Source: Haplodiscus bocki (taxonomy: Eukaryota). Taken from it: DNA of 64,000 nucleotides. This document shows positions 1 to 11,385 of this stretch, one piece after another; positions within the stretch are counted from its first letter, which is position 1; each line of letters begins with the position of its first letter. Below the pieces are notes generated by a model that saw only the letters and a list, made by a program, of their open reading frames with translations, was not told the origin of the DNA and made no database searches. Position numbers and translations under genes: made by a program. The stretch covers positions 93,434,001 through 93,498,000 of the forward strand of contig OZ296650.1 of the NCBI GenBank assembly GCA_965655095.1, in the 5' to 3' direction.

Positions 1-1
1 A

Positions 2-1195
2 AACGCGGTTGTGGAACGGATGAACCGTACGTTGCAATCAATGCTTGCCAAATGCATCAACGATGAACAAAGTAACTGGTCACAACAGTTACCGTATGTC
101 ATGATGGCATATCGCACCTCGGTTCATGGATCCACAGGGTACACTCCACATTTTCTTGTCTACGGACAGGAAGTCTGCCTCCCTATTGATTTCATGTACC
201 CAAACCCTAGTGATCAACCCCCAGCCGACATCCATGAATTTGTGTCTGCCCGACAAGTCAGATTTCAAAAGGCGTACGGTTCGGCTCGTACAGCCCTGAA
301 TTTCAATCAGCGACGCATAAACGCCCTTTACAATCGAAAGGTCCACGGACCCACCTAGCAAGTCAATCATAAGGTTCTACTACACAATCCCGTTGTCCCA
401 AATGGAAAGTCACCAAAGTTGTTTAGCCCATGGAAAGGTCCATATGTCATTTTACAATGCCTTAACGATGTGACCTACCGCATTCAAGAAATCGCAACTC
501 AAAAAGAACTCGTCGTTCATTGTGACCGACTGAAGTTATTCCATGAACCTCCACCAACCTCGAATGTACCAACGCGTGATAAAAGAAATCCGAAAAACAT
601 ATCTCAACCAAAAGCTCAGCAACAAGAACCATCAATTCCCGAGTACAACCACGATCAATGCACTTGGCATTATCAGTACCATACCGTCCCTTCAGCAATT
701 ACTTGTTCTCGCGGCGTTGCTTGCACAACCCCGCCTGCTACGCCTGCACCAGCAACTACTCCAATTGGTTCCCCCAAATCTGTACTACCGAGTCCCTCTT
801 CTTCCTATTCTGGAGCTACAGCACCCTATAGCCATGGCTCTCCCGGCACACCGAAGACAACAACTTCTGTCCGTTCGGGCACACCTACACTTGAACCTCA
901 AACATCTGCAGAATCACCAGCTCACTCCCGAAGCCTTCCAAGCAGGCCTTCTACGCCGTCTTCTGTGAGATCAAAACCATGGTTCCGCGAAGTCATGGAC
1001 AACGCTTCTCGCACCCTTCACTTCGGTGAAGCGGCAGTTGCTTCTACAGTCGCACCTCAACGTAACCTCCGCAGTAGTACAAAAGAACAACGCAAAGCCC
1101 ATCCATTATGGCAAGCAAAACTACCTGCTAACCTAAGTGAATTCAATTCCCCCGCTGGCTCGAAGAAGAAAAAGAAAAGTTCGCCCACTTCATAA
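2..1195 (+). pseudogene. Gypsy Pol C-terminus: integrase core end, GPY/F module and long Pro/Ser/Thr-rich tail
   Basis: NAVVERMNRTLQSML...W...LPYVMMAYRTSVHGSTGYTPHFLVYG is a typical Gypsy integrase end; PKLFSPWKGPY...HCDRLK is the GPY/F module. ORFs 11-358 and 419-1195 are in one frame, split by TAG at 356-358. Confidence 0.93.
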
Positions 1196-1211
1196 CTTTT
1201 ACTCCTTTCAG

Positions 1212-3583
1212 AACGCTAATTTCACGACTTTCACCCCTGATATCGTTCTTTTGGGCTTCCTTTTCTACTTTCACTTGTCCTTCTCAATGGCCCGCCTCTT
1301 TAATACACTGTGACCCACTACTCGACTCATCTCAACGATCAGCCAGAAGTTCCAGTCTTCAAGAAAGGCGCTGCCTTCCTCTTCAAATACCAAGCAGTCA
1401 CCTCCGAAAGTGAGAGCAAAGTTCGAGTGTTCTCCCCGTTCCCAAGAATACCGGATGTCAATCTTACTGGAGCTGAAGAAATGTTGAGCCTAGCGAAAAT
1501 ACGAATAACCGGAATTGGTGGCATGTATGTCCAAAAAGTTTGTGAATTCCAAGAAATCAACGAGACATATGGCTTATTAATGACACAGTTGAGGGATCGC
1601 GTGGAGTTGATTAAGCTTGAAGTGAAACGAGAAACAGATGAGCAAGGAAAGCCCGCAGACGTAATGAAGTCTTTTCTCCCGAAACAGTATCAGAGGAACG
1701 TGGCGACGCTTCCGTGTTGGAAAAGATTTATTGGCGCAAAAGCTGCTCTTGCAGCAGGTGCCGGAATGATCCTGGGAGACCCGTTGAAAGAAGCTGCATG
1801 TACAGTTGTCTCGATTTTTAACTTGTGCGATGACACAAAAAGTTTGTCCCAAGACGTGGACCAGATCCTGAAAACGCAGGAAGAAACTATAGCGACCTTG
1901 CAACGTGTCCAGTCAGCCAATGATGAAAACTTCTTCCTACTGGGTAATGAAGTCCGAGAAACGCGACAAAATGTTAAAAATCTTCGTGATGCCGTGAATG
2001 ATCACCTATAGGTTCTGCAAGATCAAATAGATGGAATCCACGGAGATTTATTGCAACATAAAGAATGTGAACGAAGACAAGCTCAACATTCCCTCTTCCT
2101 CCAAGAGATTAGATATGTCATTTCTCATTTGGGTACTTTGTACCCTCACATAAAGTCTTACCAAGCTGCGTTCTACGCCTACAAGATTAACTTGTTCTCG
2201 ACGATCTTGTCTCTTGCTAGTGGCCAAATAACCCCCCAGTTCCTCCTATCCCAAGAAACCGCTGACATTGTACGAACACTGTCAGAAGGAGAGAGTTATC
2301 GTGGTACAAAACTTACCCCCGCCATACAGCGTGGCTTCGAAGCTGTCTATTACGAGATACAACTCGTTTTAGAAGTCACGTTAATTCCGCGCGGTATATC
2401 AGTTGTACTTGGTGTACCAATGAACTCCAAGTCTTCCACTTTCAACGTGTACCATGCTAGCCCGCTGTATCAACCAAACGGTGACAACAAGACAGCCTCC
2501 TTGTTCCAGCTCCCGAAGCCTTTCTTGGCTGTGGCTACTGACGATTCTCGATACGCTGAATTGGTTAGTTCCACATTACAACAATGTTCAGGCAACAACC
2601 GGATCAGACTTTGTCGCAAAGGTTTCTCAACCACAACTGATGACACCCTTCTATGCTTGAGTTCCTTGATGTTCGATTATGCCATCCCAGCATTGCGTAA
2701 CTGCCCCGCTAATTCTGTGCTTTTACCTGACGCACCACACGCTTTTTATTTGTCCGAAGGATTGTATCATGTCATCTCCCGTGAACCACTTCTTCACATG
2801 AAAAACGCCTGTGATATACATGTTGTCAGTGTTTCAATGATCCCATGTCAAGCTTGCATTTTGAGACCCAGTTGCCACAGTACCCTAATCCTGAATCAAC
2901 GCGATCTCGTTCTTGAACCGGATATGGACTAGTGTTCGACGAGCCCAGAGCCCTTCTTCGCCACGATCGAACTGATCCCATCATTAGAACAAGTCTTCAA
3001 ACATGTCCCACACTCCAATCATGTCTTTCACGCCTATTCGTTGGGCGAAGCACGTCATTCTGTCCTCAGCAGTGTTCGTAGGGAATTAGCAGAACTCCCC
3101 GACGTGCGACGCCTGTCTGCTGATTCAATCGACCAACTGGCACACCCGATTGCGCAGTATTACTCATCAGTTTCTCCGGCAACATCACAAGCCCTCGAGT
3201 CATATCTCCCCTTTCGCACTGCCGTCTTGTTCTCGACTGTTTCGATTACCCTTTCTTTATTGACTTTCACTATCAGTTTTACCTTGTTCCGCCGTCAATG
3301 GAAACGACTTTTTCTTCATCCACACAAGTTCTTCAAGAGCTCTAATGGACGACTCTTGCATGTCACGGACAGTCATGAAACTCCAGATACAGCCTTTGAT
3401 GACGCTTCTGTTTTCATTCAGCTCAATTTGGACGAATTCAACGCATTAAAAACACTTGCCAGTGAAACCCTGAGACACCCACTTTACAACATTAACTCAT
3501 ATACTACCTGCAATGCCCCTCAAATCCCTACCCCTGTCTATCCAGACATCACAGCCCCTCAATATGCCGAGCCTACAACATAA
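1212..3583 (+). pseudogene. env: Env-like class I fusion glycoprotein (F-type)
   Basis: ORFs 1310-2011, 2051-2932 and 3041-3583 share one frame (TAG at 2009 and 2930). Order: hydrophobic N-terminal stretch, KR|FIGAKAALAAGAGMILG cleavage site and fusion peptide, heptad repeat, Cys-rich ectodomain, TM helix AVLFSTVSITLSLLTFTISFTLF, RRQWKR stop-transfer, cytoplasmic tail. Confidence 0.85.
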
Positions 3584-3654
3584 TTTAACTCAACTCCTTA
3601 ACATTTTTTTGACATTAACATATCCTAAATATCGCATTTAAAATCAGAACACCC

Positions 3655-3805
3655 TGCACTTTCGTGCCCCCCTTAGTACGGTTCCGTACGCGGTTTGCCT
3701 AGATTCACATCATGGCCCAGCTTTTGCACGTTTCCGTGCCTGCTCTCTTGCACGTTTCCATACCTGCCCAGCTTCTGTTGGCCCGTTTGCACGTGTCCGT
3801 GCCCA
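3655..3805 (+). repeat. Short imperfect direct repeats (TTGCACGTTTCCGTGCC-like, 3-4 copies) between env and the accessory ORF
   Basis: ttgcacgtttccgtgcc (~3724), ttgcacgtttccatacc (~3748), ttgcacgtgtccgtgcc (~3787), related ctgcactttcgtgcc (~3654). Confidence 0.7.
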
Positions 3806-4022
3806 TTTCTTGCTCAGACTTTGATCTGACCCTTGCCAAATTGAGACCAATGATATCTCCCCTGTCCTATGATTTTAGCGTTGAAAGTATACGTATCCTT
3901 ATACACGTACCTCGAACAGACTCAGCAACCAAGACTCTTTCCTTCTTTTGTCCCCTTCCCCTCCCTCTTTTTCTTTTATAACTTTATTTATGACATGTAC
4001 TCATAATTTTTTTCTGTTTCAG

Positions 4023-5018
4023 GTTTCCTACTAAGCGTCCATCTGGAACCCCTCTCTACACCAGCAGTGGAAATGAGTCCATCATCTTCCCAGGCGACGT
4101 TGCCCAGATATTGGATGAGCGAGAATATCGAGTACTAAGGATCAACCCCCATTCGTCAACGGTGGTCCTACGTCGAGTCGATGCCAGTACCAATCAACGT
4201 AGTTTCATGCGCCCCTCAACTTCTATTTGTACCCTACCAGCCACTACCCGTGATATCGCCGTCGAAGTTAACGAGCCAACTGGAAAATGCCTCTGTGAAA
4301 TCCAGCCCCTCCCGTCTTGCCAGGTGTTGCCGACATTTCAATTAGTTGCAATCTTGACGTTGATGAGTATGTTAACAGTACACACCCAGAATTCGACTCT
4401 GTTGCTAAGCTGCAACAAGGATTCGAAGAAGCTGAATTGGCCGCTAATGCAGCTTTCAAGGAGCTTTGCACCGAGGTCCTGAAAATGACAGAACTCAAAG
4501 AAAAGATAAATTCCCTGCAGCAACGCATAACAACTCTCACGGAGGAGAACGAAGGTCGTTTAAAACGAACAATGGATCTAACAGAGGACGGGTCTGCCCT
4601 ATAGGCCATCACAACAAATCAACGCTACGTACCCATAATGCAGAGGATCATTTGGCACCATGTGCTTCAACAGCCCCTTTTGCAACTCCCCTTAACAATT
4701 GGTTTCGATTTTGCGCCCCCTAACTTCCTCTTCAACCTTCTAGAGTGCCCCCAGTCGTCGACACCCGAACTGATCAGCGAGAACATAAAGTGCTTATTAC
4801 AGATTCTCCATCGAGACAAGACCCCACAGGTTCCCCCTACAGTCAGCCAGTATATACCTTTGATATCTTTTGCAAAAACTATTTTACTGGACAAAAGCCT
4901 TTCCCCCGTACACCGCTGCTGTGGTCTGGATGGTATTGCCCGCCGTCAACACAAACTTCGCACTTGTCGCCGTTGTGATCCCTTCTTGCAAACCCTCAAA
5001 GACCTAATGGATTTTTGA
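4023..5018 (+). pseudogene. Accessory ORF of the Gypsy element (~330 aa if one frameshift and one TAG are repaired): coiled coil plus C-terminal Cys/His cluster
   Basis: Open frame from the acceptor ttttttctgtttcag (AG at 4021-4022) into ORF 4111; shift near 4317 into the frame shared by 4317-4604 and 4638-5018 (TAG 4602); ends HRCCG...HKLRTCRRC. Confidence 0.6.
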
Positions 5019-5088
5019 ATTTTCACCCCCTTCATTTTATTTTATACAAAAAAAATTATTTTGTTGTTTTGCGAGGCGCAAATCCACC

Positions 5089-5101
5089 AAATGGAGGGTG
5101 A
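5089..5101 (+). other. Polypurine tract
   Basis: AAATGGAGGGTGA immediately before the TG that opens the 3' LTR. Confidence 0.7.
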
Positions 5102-6081
5102 TGTGACGTGGCATTTAGATAGGTCAGACAAGCTGACAAATCAGCGCAGTGCAAAATCTAATTCCACTTTCAATTTCGTAAGCGTGACTATTTATTAGGT
5201 ATGATTCAAGTGCCCTCGAGTGCTGTAAGCCCCCCTTATTAAACTCTCTTGTTTTATTGAATCAATGATTCAAGTACCTTCGAGCACTTCTTAGGCGCTC
5301 TCAATTTTATTCTCGTCTGGTCACAAACATAAACAGTCAGTCCTTATCTATTCCCAAATGTCATGCAAAATTCCTTTCATACGCTCGCTCACCATAATAC
5401 TTAGCCTACAAGTGTGATATAAACCGTTTCGTAACCGTACACTAATTTATATGCAGTTATAATATTTTCCTAGCGTTTTTTCCAAATTTAATACTATTAG
5501 TCAAACCAAAACTGATCTGACCTTAAGCCCCACAGAAGAACCTTCGACGATCGCGCAAAGAAATTCTGACAAAACAAAAAATCCCAATCATTCCAACCCG
5601 GAACACGAAAAAGCAAACAGACGGTCCAACTACAACTCACCTTCAACAGAAGAAAAAGAAGACAACTTTCTCGTGGAGACAAAAAGAAAAGTTGCTCAAG
5701 AGCCCCTCTTTGCGAAATTTCAACGCACAAGACAAAGACACTTCCCTGAACAAGAACTCTCATTATAATTTAAGTTTATACAAAAACCCTCTGTAATTTA
5801 AAACCCTCAACTTTCCTTCTTTTTTCTTTTCTAATTTAAATTCTTTTCTGAAAATCTAAAAACCTTTTTCATTCACTTGATATATCCCGCTAGCAACCAC
5901 CAAATCGAAAACACCTAAATAGTAATTTTAGAAATTGCTGAATTCCCTTTTTAAATAACAGTCGTCCTCCGCATCCAAAATTATTTTCTAGCGAACTGTT
6001 TTAAAAGCATACGACTGTTGCAATCGTAACTATGTTCTACCACTTCCTGGAAATCCCGGTAGTTGAAACCGCCATGTCATA
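5102..6081 (+). repeat. 3' LTR (~980 bp)
   Basis: Starts TGTGACGTGG after the PPT; ends CCATGTCATA (8/10 match to the expected inverted terminus CCACGTCACA); internal direct repeat atgattcaagt.cc.tcgag at ~5201 and ~5266. Confidence 0.75.
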
Positions 6082-9000
6082 CTTAACAATGCACACACAA
6101 CTAGATACGACATTGATAGTGCTCCATTCAGCGTCAACTAAGTAAAAAAAAACAATTTCTGAATATTTCGCTTTAGCAGAAAATTTGAATTTTCCAGAAG
6201 TCTAAAAACTGATTGATCAATTTTTTGTCGAATCATCCGTAGAAGGTCACTACAATACTTTTAAACCCCTTCAAAAACTTCCGATATCAACTCAGCGAGT
6301 TAGAAAGAAACGAGAAGACGGAATACTACGGGTATACTTCCGGCCTTCCAATTTTGTTGAAGATGCCTTTTGGTAGGACGAAAACGTTTTTTCTAACAAA
6401 AATACTCTTCATCATGTTTTCTAACTTTCTCAAGTTTAAAATTTTCATGATTTTTCACCAAAAAACCTCACAATTAAAGTGGAAAAGACTTCTCAATGAA
6501 AAAACATCATTTGTTACATATTCTGAACAACGCCGCCTTTAGAGAATTTGAAAGCTTTCGTTTTTTTTTCGAAAAAAAACCAATTTTTGTACGTTTTAAG
6601 AAATCTTACTATTCCAAACACATTATACGTCAACTTTGCAATAAAGTCGTTATAAAAAATTTTCAAAGTAAGAAAATGTCACCGTCCGGACATTAGCGTC
6701 AGAAGTCGGACATTATCAAGTGGCAATTCTACAAATCAGCGTAAAAAGGCGTTCGCTTTGAGTGGAGGTTTTCCTCTCAAATTATAATTATGGCGGAAAA
6801 TAACAAACCGAATTTTTCGGATGATCCAATGGATAGAATAACGAAAAAAATTACACGTTCGTAAGTTTTGGCAGTTTCTTGTTGATAAATAGTCGACAGG
6901 AAAGTGATTAGCAACGTGAAAACTCCGATATATAGCCCAAATCACCGGTTGACTGAAAGGGATCACAAGAATGGAGGCCACTGGTTTCTTCTTCGTTGGA
7001 TTTAACTCCACAATTGGGATCTTTTTGGTTCAATTCTCTTTCAGAAATCAGTTTCCGCGAAAAGAGCTCGCAAGAGAACCAACACCATAAAAAGTCTTCT
7101 GAAAATAAAATATTTGCATTGGTACTCTCGGTTTGAGTGGTTTTCAGTTGGATGAGGAGGTAAAAAGAAGCCAAATTATAGCATTTGCCGAAACTTAGGA
7201 ATTGTGAACTTGTCTTAACTAGAAAATATCAGCAGCCGAAACTTTGAGATGCAATAGGTTGTTATCCTATCGTCATCTTTGTCTAAAAATCAGGAAAATT
7301 TGTCCAATAGTTGGCAACTTATAGACCGATGAATGCAGAAATGCATCCTCTGTCACACTTTTTGAAAGAAAAAAAACTACAATTAATTTGACATGCGTTG
7401 CTTGACAGAAGCGTTGATATGCTCGCCTAAAAATACCCACTAGATCCGCGCTTTCGGCACCTGAAAATTTTCATTGTATAACAAAATCTTGATGCCATTT
7501 TTTGATGGCGATTCTAAAATGAGTTCCCAACTATTCAAACAATTTTTTTTTCGGTTTTTCGAGTCGCGGTGATCGAAACAAAATGAAAAGCTGATGGATC
7601 ATCCGTAATGCGTATTTTGCCATCTACTATAGCTTGCTCCTAAGTTGCCAACTCAGAGTGCAACGTTTCAAAGATTCTCCTCACGAAAACTCTTTGATGT
7701 TGTACGGCGAAGTTTATCGGCGGAGAATTTGGCATACATCTGATATAATGAATATCTTTTCCATAAACGTAATTCTAATTAAGATAGTCCTCCTAAGAAA
7801 GCTAAGACTTCCTCAGATCAAAAGGTTTTGGCATATCAAAAACACCGATTGTATCCGCCGCCCACCGATGTTTCTTTCTGCTATATCCAGAAGAGCCATT
7901 TCCTTTGTATTCTTTGCTTATGGTACTAGTTTCACGGAGGTGTTAATATAAGAATGGGTACCGATTTTGAAACATTAGGTAAATGTTGGGCTTACATGTA
8001 AATTGTGAACAAACTTCATGATTCAATTGTAATGGCCTGTTCTAAATCGAGGGTTCCATGTGAAAACTACAAATAGTATGAGCTTTGTGCTCTTTTGAGC
8101 TTTCTTTCCTCATTCTGAAGGGCAGTGAAGGTTTGCAATCATTATTTAGGGTTTGTTTTATAAGTTGAAAGACTCAGAACCTTGTTTATTTATTTACCTT
8201 TTTATTTCGATGTCACTATAATGTTTTGGAACCACTTCAGGCCAGGGTCGTACTTTGAAAGCGGAACACCTTTGCGAGAAAGCAACAAAATATTGAGCGA
8301 TTACTGCCACCTTGAATTGCAACAACTTTCAAAGGTTTTCTCATCAAGTTGAGCTACAGTTCCTAAATTTGTTGTGACAATCCACTCAGATGAACCAGCT
8401 CGAATATAAACTTTGGATTTGGATTCTGAAATTGGAACTGTTGTGACAGTAAAACATTTAAGCTGTAAATGCCGAGCAGTGAAGACCTTTGTTAGAAGAC
8501 GTGAATAGAGCTGGTTGAGAAATTGAACAATCTTATCCTTTTTCCTTGTTGGAAACCGGATGTGGTTTTAGTCACGAATATTTGAGGAGATAAGTGTGAT
8601 TAACGTGGAACGAAACACTTCAGCGGTTAGTCTTCATTCTATTTAATATTTCAACTCAAATTGTCCTCATAAATGACTTCAGCCACTTGTCGGGTCGAAT
8701 AAATCGAAACTAGACCACGGCTTGATCAGATGAGATCAGATCAGATCTCGCTCCGTATTTCAATTTGTTCCTTTAATTGTTGATCAAATTCTCGAAAACA
8801 TGTGTATTTGCATTGCTTTTGTGCTGTCGTCTGATAAACCCTCATCGAATATTTGTCGTTAGGAAATCGGGTTATTAGTTCCTTCGTTGTCTTGCTAGGT
8901 TTTCTACCTTAGCAGTGCCCGGCGTTAGTTGCCTAACTTGACCCAAGCGTGTCTTGTCTTTGTCTGCGAGGAAAATGTGGCCATGTTAGAGTTCCTGGTG

Positions 9001-10919
9001 GTTGCTGCCGTCTATCGCTTTTCTTTTCTCACTTACAAATTACGAGTTTTCAAATCTCGCCGTCATCTGTAGTCGTTTTCGTCGCCTCGTGACCCGTGCT
9101 ATGCCGTGCCACAATTGCATCTATAGCCCAGTCATAACTATATTGTGTTATGTTTATTGTACTGCGGCAAAGGCATTGCATAGCCTAATCTGGTTATGAA
9201 GGATTTGAGAGCGATTATTTGAAGTTGCAGTTTGTTTTCCTGCTTCATGGAACGGCGGCATATTTGTTTGCCATACCTTCTCACAAACCACCTATCCCAT
9301 TTAATTATCAACGAACTCTACCAACTTAACCCGCAATTCGAGTACGGCACGGCGCAACTACTGATTCAGAATCCTAATACCACCTGCAAATAAGTTCAAG
9401 CCTACTTCTCTTTTCATCCCATTCCGTCAATTTATCTATATATAACTATTGGACCGTAATTAAATTTGCCCAAACCGGGAAAAGTTTACTTTCAGCAGTT
9501 TTCCTTCACTAACTCTCTGTCTTCAACTTTCCTCGGCATCTGAAAAATCTAAAGAACTAAAACGTCCAAAGATAAAGTATTTATATCTACGATTCCTTCG
9601 TCAGAGCTCTTTCAAGTTGCACAAGGTTAACTCGAACCATAGCTACAATGCATAGCCACAGTTTATACAGCGACGGAATAAAATCAACGACTTTATAACT
9701 ATTTTGGCACAAAACAGATTCTTCGCAGCACGTTTTCTGGACAAGTTTTCATCTTGAAAAAAAATCGCCAGTAAAAAGAGACACGGATAGATTGGTTGAT
9801 TATTTATCAGACCATAAAACTCCAGTCCATTAATTTGCCACTTTTAGAAGAGCCGCTCACAAGTTGGAACTATGTGTGCCAAAAGATTTTGTGTTTGTGC
9901 GTGTTTTCAACAGCTACAATTCATCTTGCTTCTAATCATCTAGCAGCTCTTCATCCCCTGTGAAATATTTGAAGTATTCTTGCTTGATCAGAAAGAAGTA
10001 CGGCGACGGCGCATCAGAAGTCATCGCAGATCGTACTTGTTGACAACTTAAGAGTGCCACATTTTTGGGAGTTCGTATTTTGGACTAAATTTTGGCATTC
10101 CTCCCTGTAAATGAACAATTAAAAGAATTTATATACTTGATTCAATCCAGAGTCGTGCTGAGAAAGTCCCGCGCCGCCACAGCAAATAAATTTGAGTGCG
10201 TTTGCTGTACATTCTTTCACTTTCAGAAGTTTTTCAATAGCCGCCATCACATCTTTTCGCAACTTGTTTTTACGTGTTTTGGCAATACCTGTCATCTTGG
10301 ACGCATTTCCAATCCACTCGGCAAGCTTTCCTTTCACTTTCGCATCTAAACTCAGATCAGCTCAGCTCAGGCTACTTCCTGTCGGCTTAGTGCGCAGACG
10401 AAGTGAGCTGCTTGAACAAGTTTGCTATCGTCGACGTCGTGAGTGCTTAAATTACTAAATAATCCCCTTAGATCGATTATCTCGTCGTCTTTATCATCTG
10501 CTGCCGCTGCTATTAAGTGCGCGACGCACCAATCGGGAACTTCTATTGCGTCCACTTTTGTTTGAAGAAACGAGAAAGCATCCCCAAAAATCAAACACTT
10601 GTGTTCCTTCACTTTTATTTTGCCATCGACAAATCCCGAAAGCAGTTGCTTCGTGCATCAAACTTTCCCCACAAACATAAAATCCTTCGCATACTGGACA
10701 AATATTCCAGAAACCTAATCTCAAACAATTATTCATTCCCTGTCCAATTTGCAAATAAGGCAATTACTGCTTTTATTTGTTTGCCACATCTTGCCACTTT
10801 TGTCAGTGGAAAGCCAAGCGATTTTGTCTTATCTCATTGAACACACTCCCAACAACTTTCGTTTTCCCAGAGTATACTAGCTTCAGAGTACAGTAAAGGC
10901 TGCAACGCAGAAGCAAAAG

Positions 10920-11385
10920 ATGGACTTAACAGCATCGATCTCTGATGACATGGGCCAATTGCTCAACAGCTTAAATTCCCAGCTTGAAGTTGACGCCCAA
11001 GACGACACATCTGAAATTGCAATTTCACCCCATCAAATTTTGCCTCAACTAACACCCCCGTCAATTAGTGGCAAAGACTCGATGGAATGTGAGTCGTCCC
11101 CCAGCTCTTCCAGCAGCGGCTACTCTTCCCAAAGTGGAGGGGGAACCAGTAGTGTAAAAAGTGGAGGAGGCAGAAAGATAAACATTGACCAGATAGCCCT
11201 AAATTTGGCCAGTGATTCGAACATAAGGCCGCTTTTCAACAGCCATGTTTCAGGGGACAGCGTGAAAATGGAAATACCCTCATTTGAGGCTGATTTGTCA
11301 TCTCTGCAAAACAACTTGACTGACGAAAATTGTGCAGAAATTCAACCCTTTCCTGACTCTACCATTGTGAAAAGAGCAAGAAATC
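10920..11385 (+). CDS. ikzf: Ikaros-like gene coding exon 1 (acidic/Ser-rich N-terminus)
   Basis: ATG at 10920, open frame to the donor AATC|gtaagt at 11386; phase 1 joins exon 2 as ...RARNPHRPFTC. Confidence 0.75.

Larger units (their letters stand above)
1..6081 (+). mobile_element. Ty3/Gypsy LTR retrotransposon with env-like gene, 3' half (5' part lies left of the window), decayed
   Basis: Integrase with GPY/F motif, then a fusion-protein ORF, an extra ORF, a polypurine tract and an LTR bounded by TGTGACGTGG...CCATGTCATA; several in-frame stops. Confidence 0.92.

Noticed and set aside
356-4604. Most in-frame stops in the Gypsy element are TAG (356, 2009, 2930, 4602), suggesting readthrough or a recoded TAG
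   Set aside because: They fall at positions expected to be different residues (Tyr-like and Gln-like), an in-frame TAA (1301) and a frameshift also occur, and the host Ikaros gene needs no recoding; ordinary mutational decay explains them.
6950-7290. NGGHWFLL...FNSL...QQP, reminiscent of a Ulp1-type protease
   Set aside because: Motifs are short, in different frames and lack a recognisable catalytic Cys context.
10092-10840. Cluster of overlapping 70-107 aa ORFs upstream of Ikaros
   Set aside because: No recognisable domain or consistent splice structure; probably chance ORFs in regulatory DNA.
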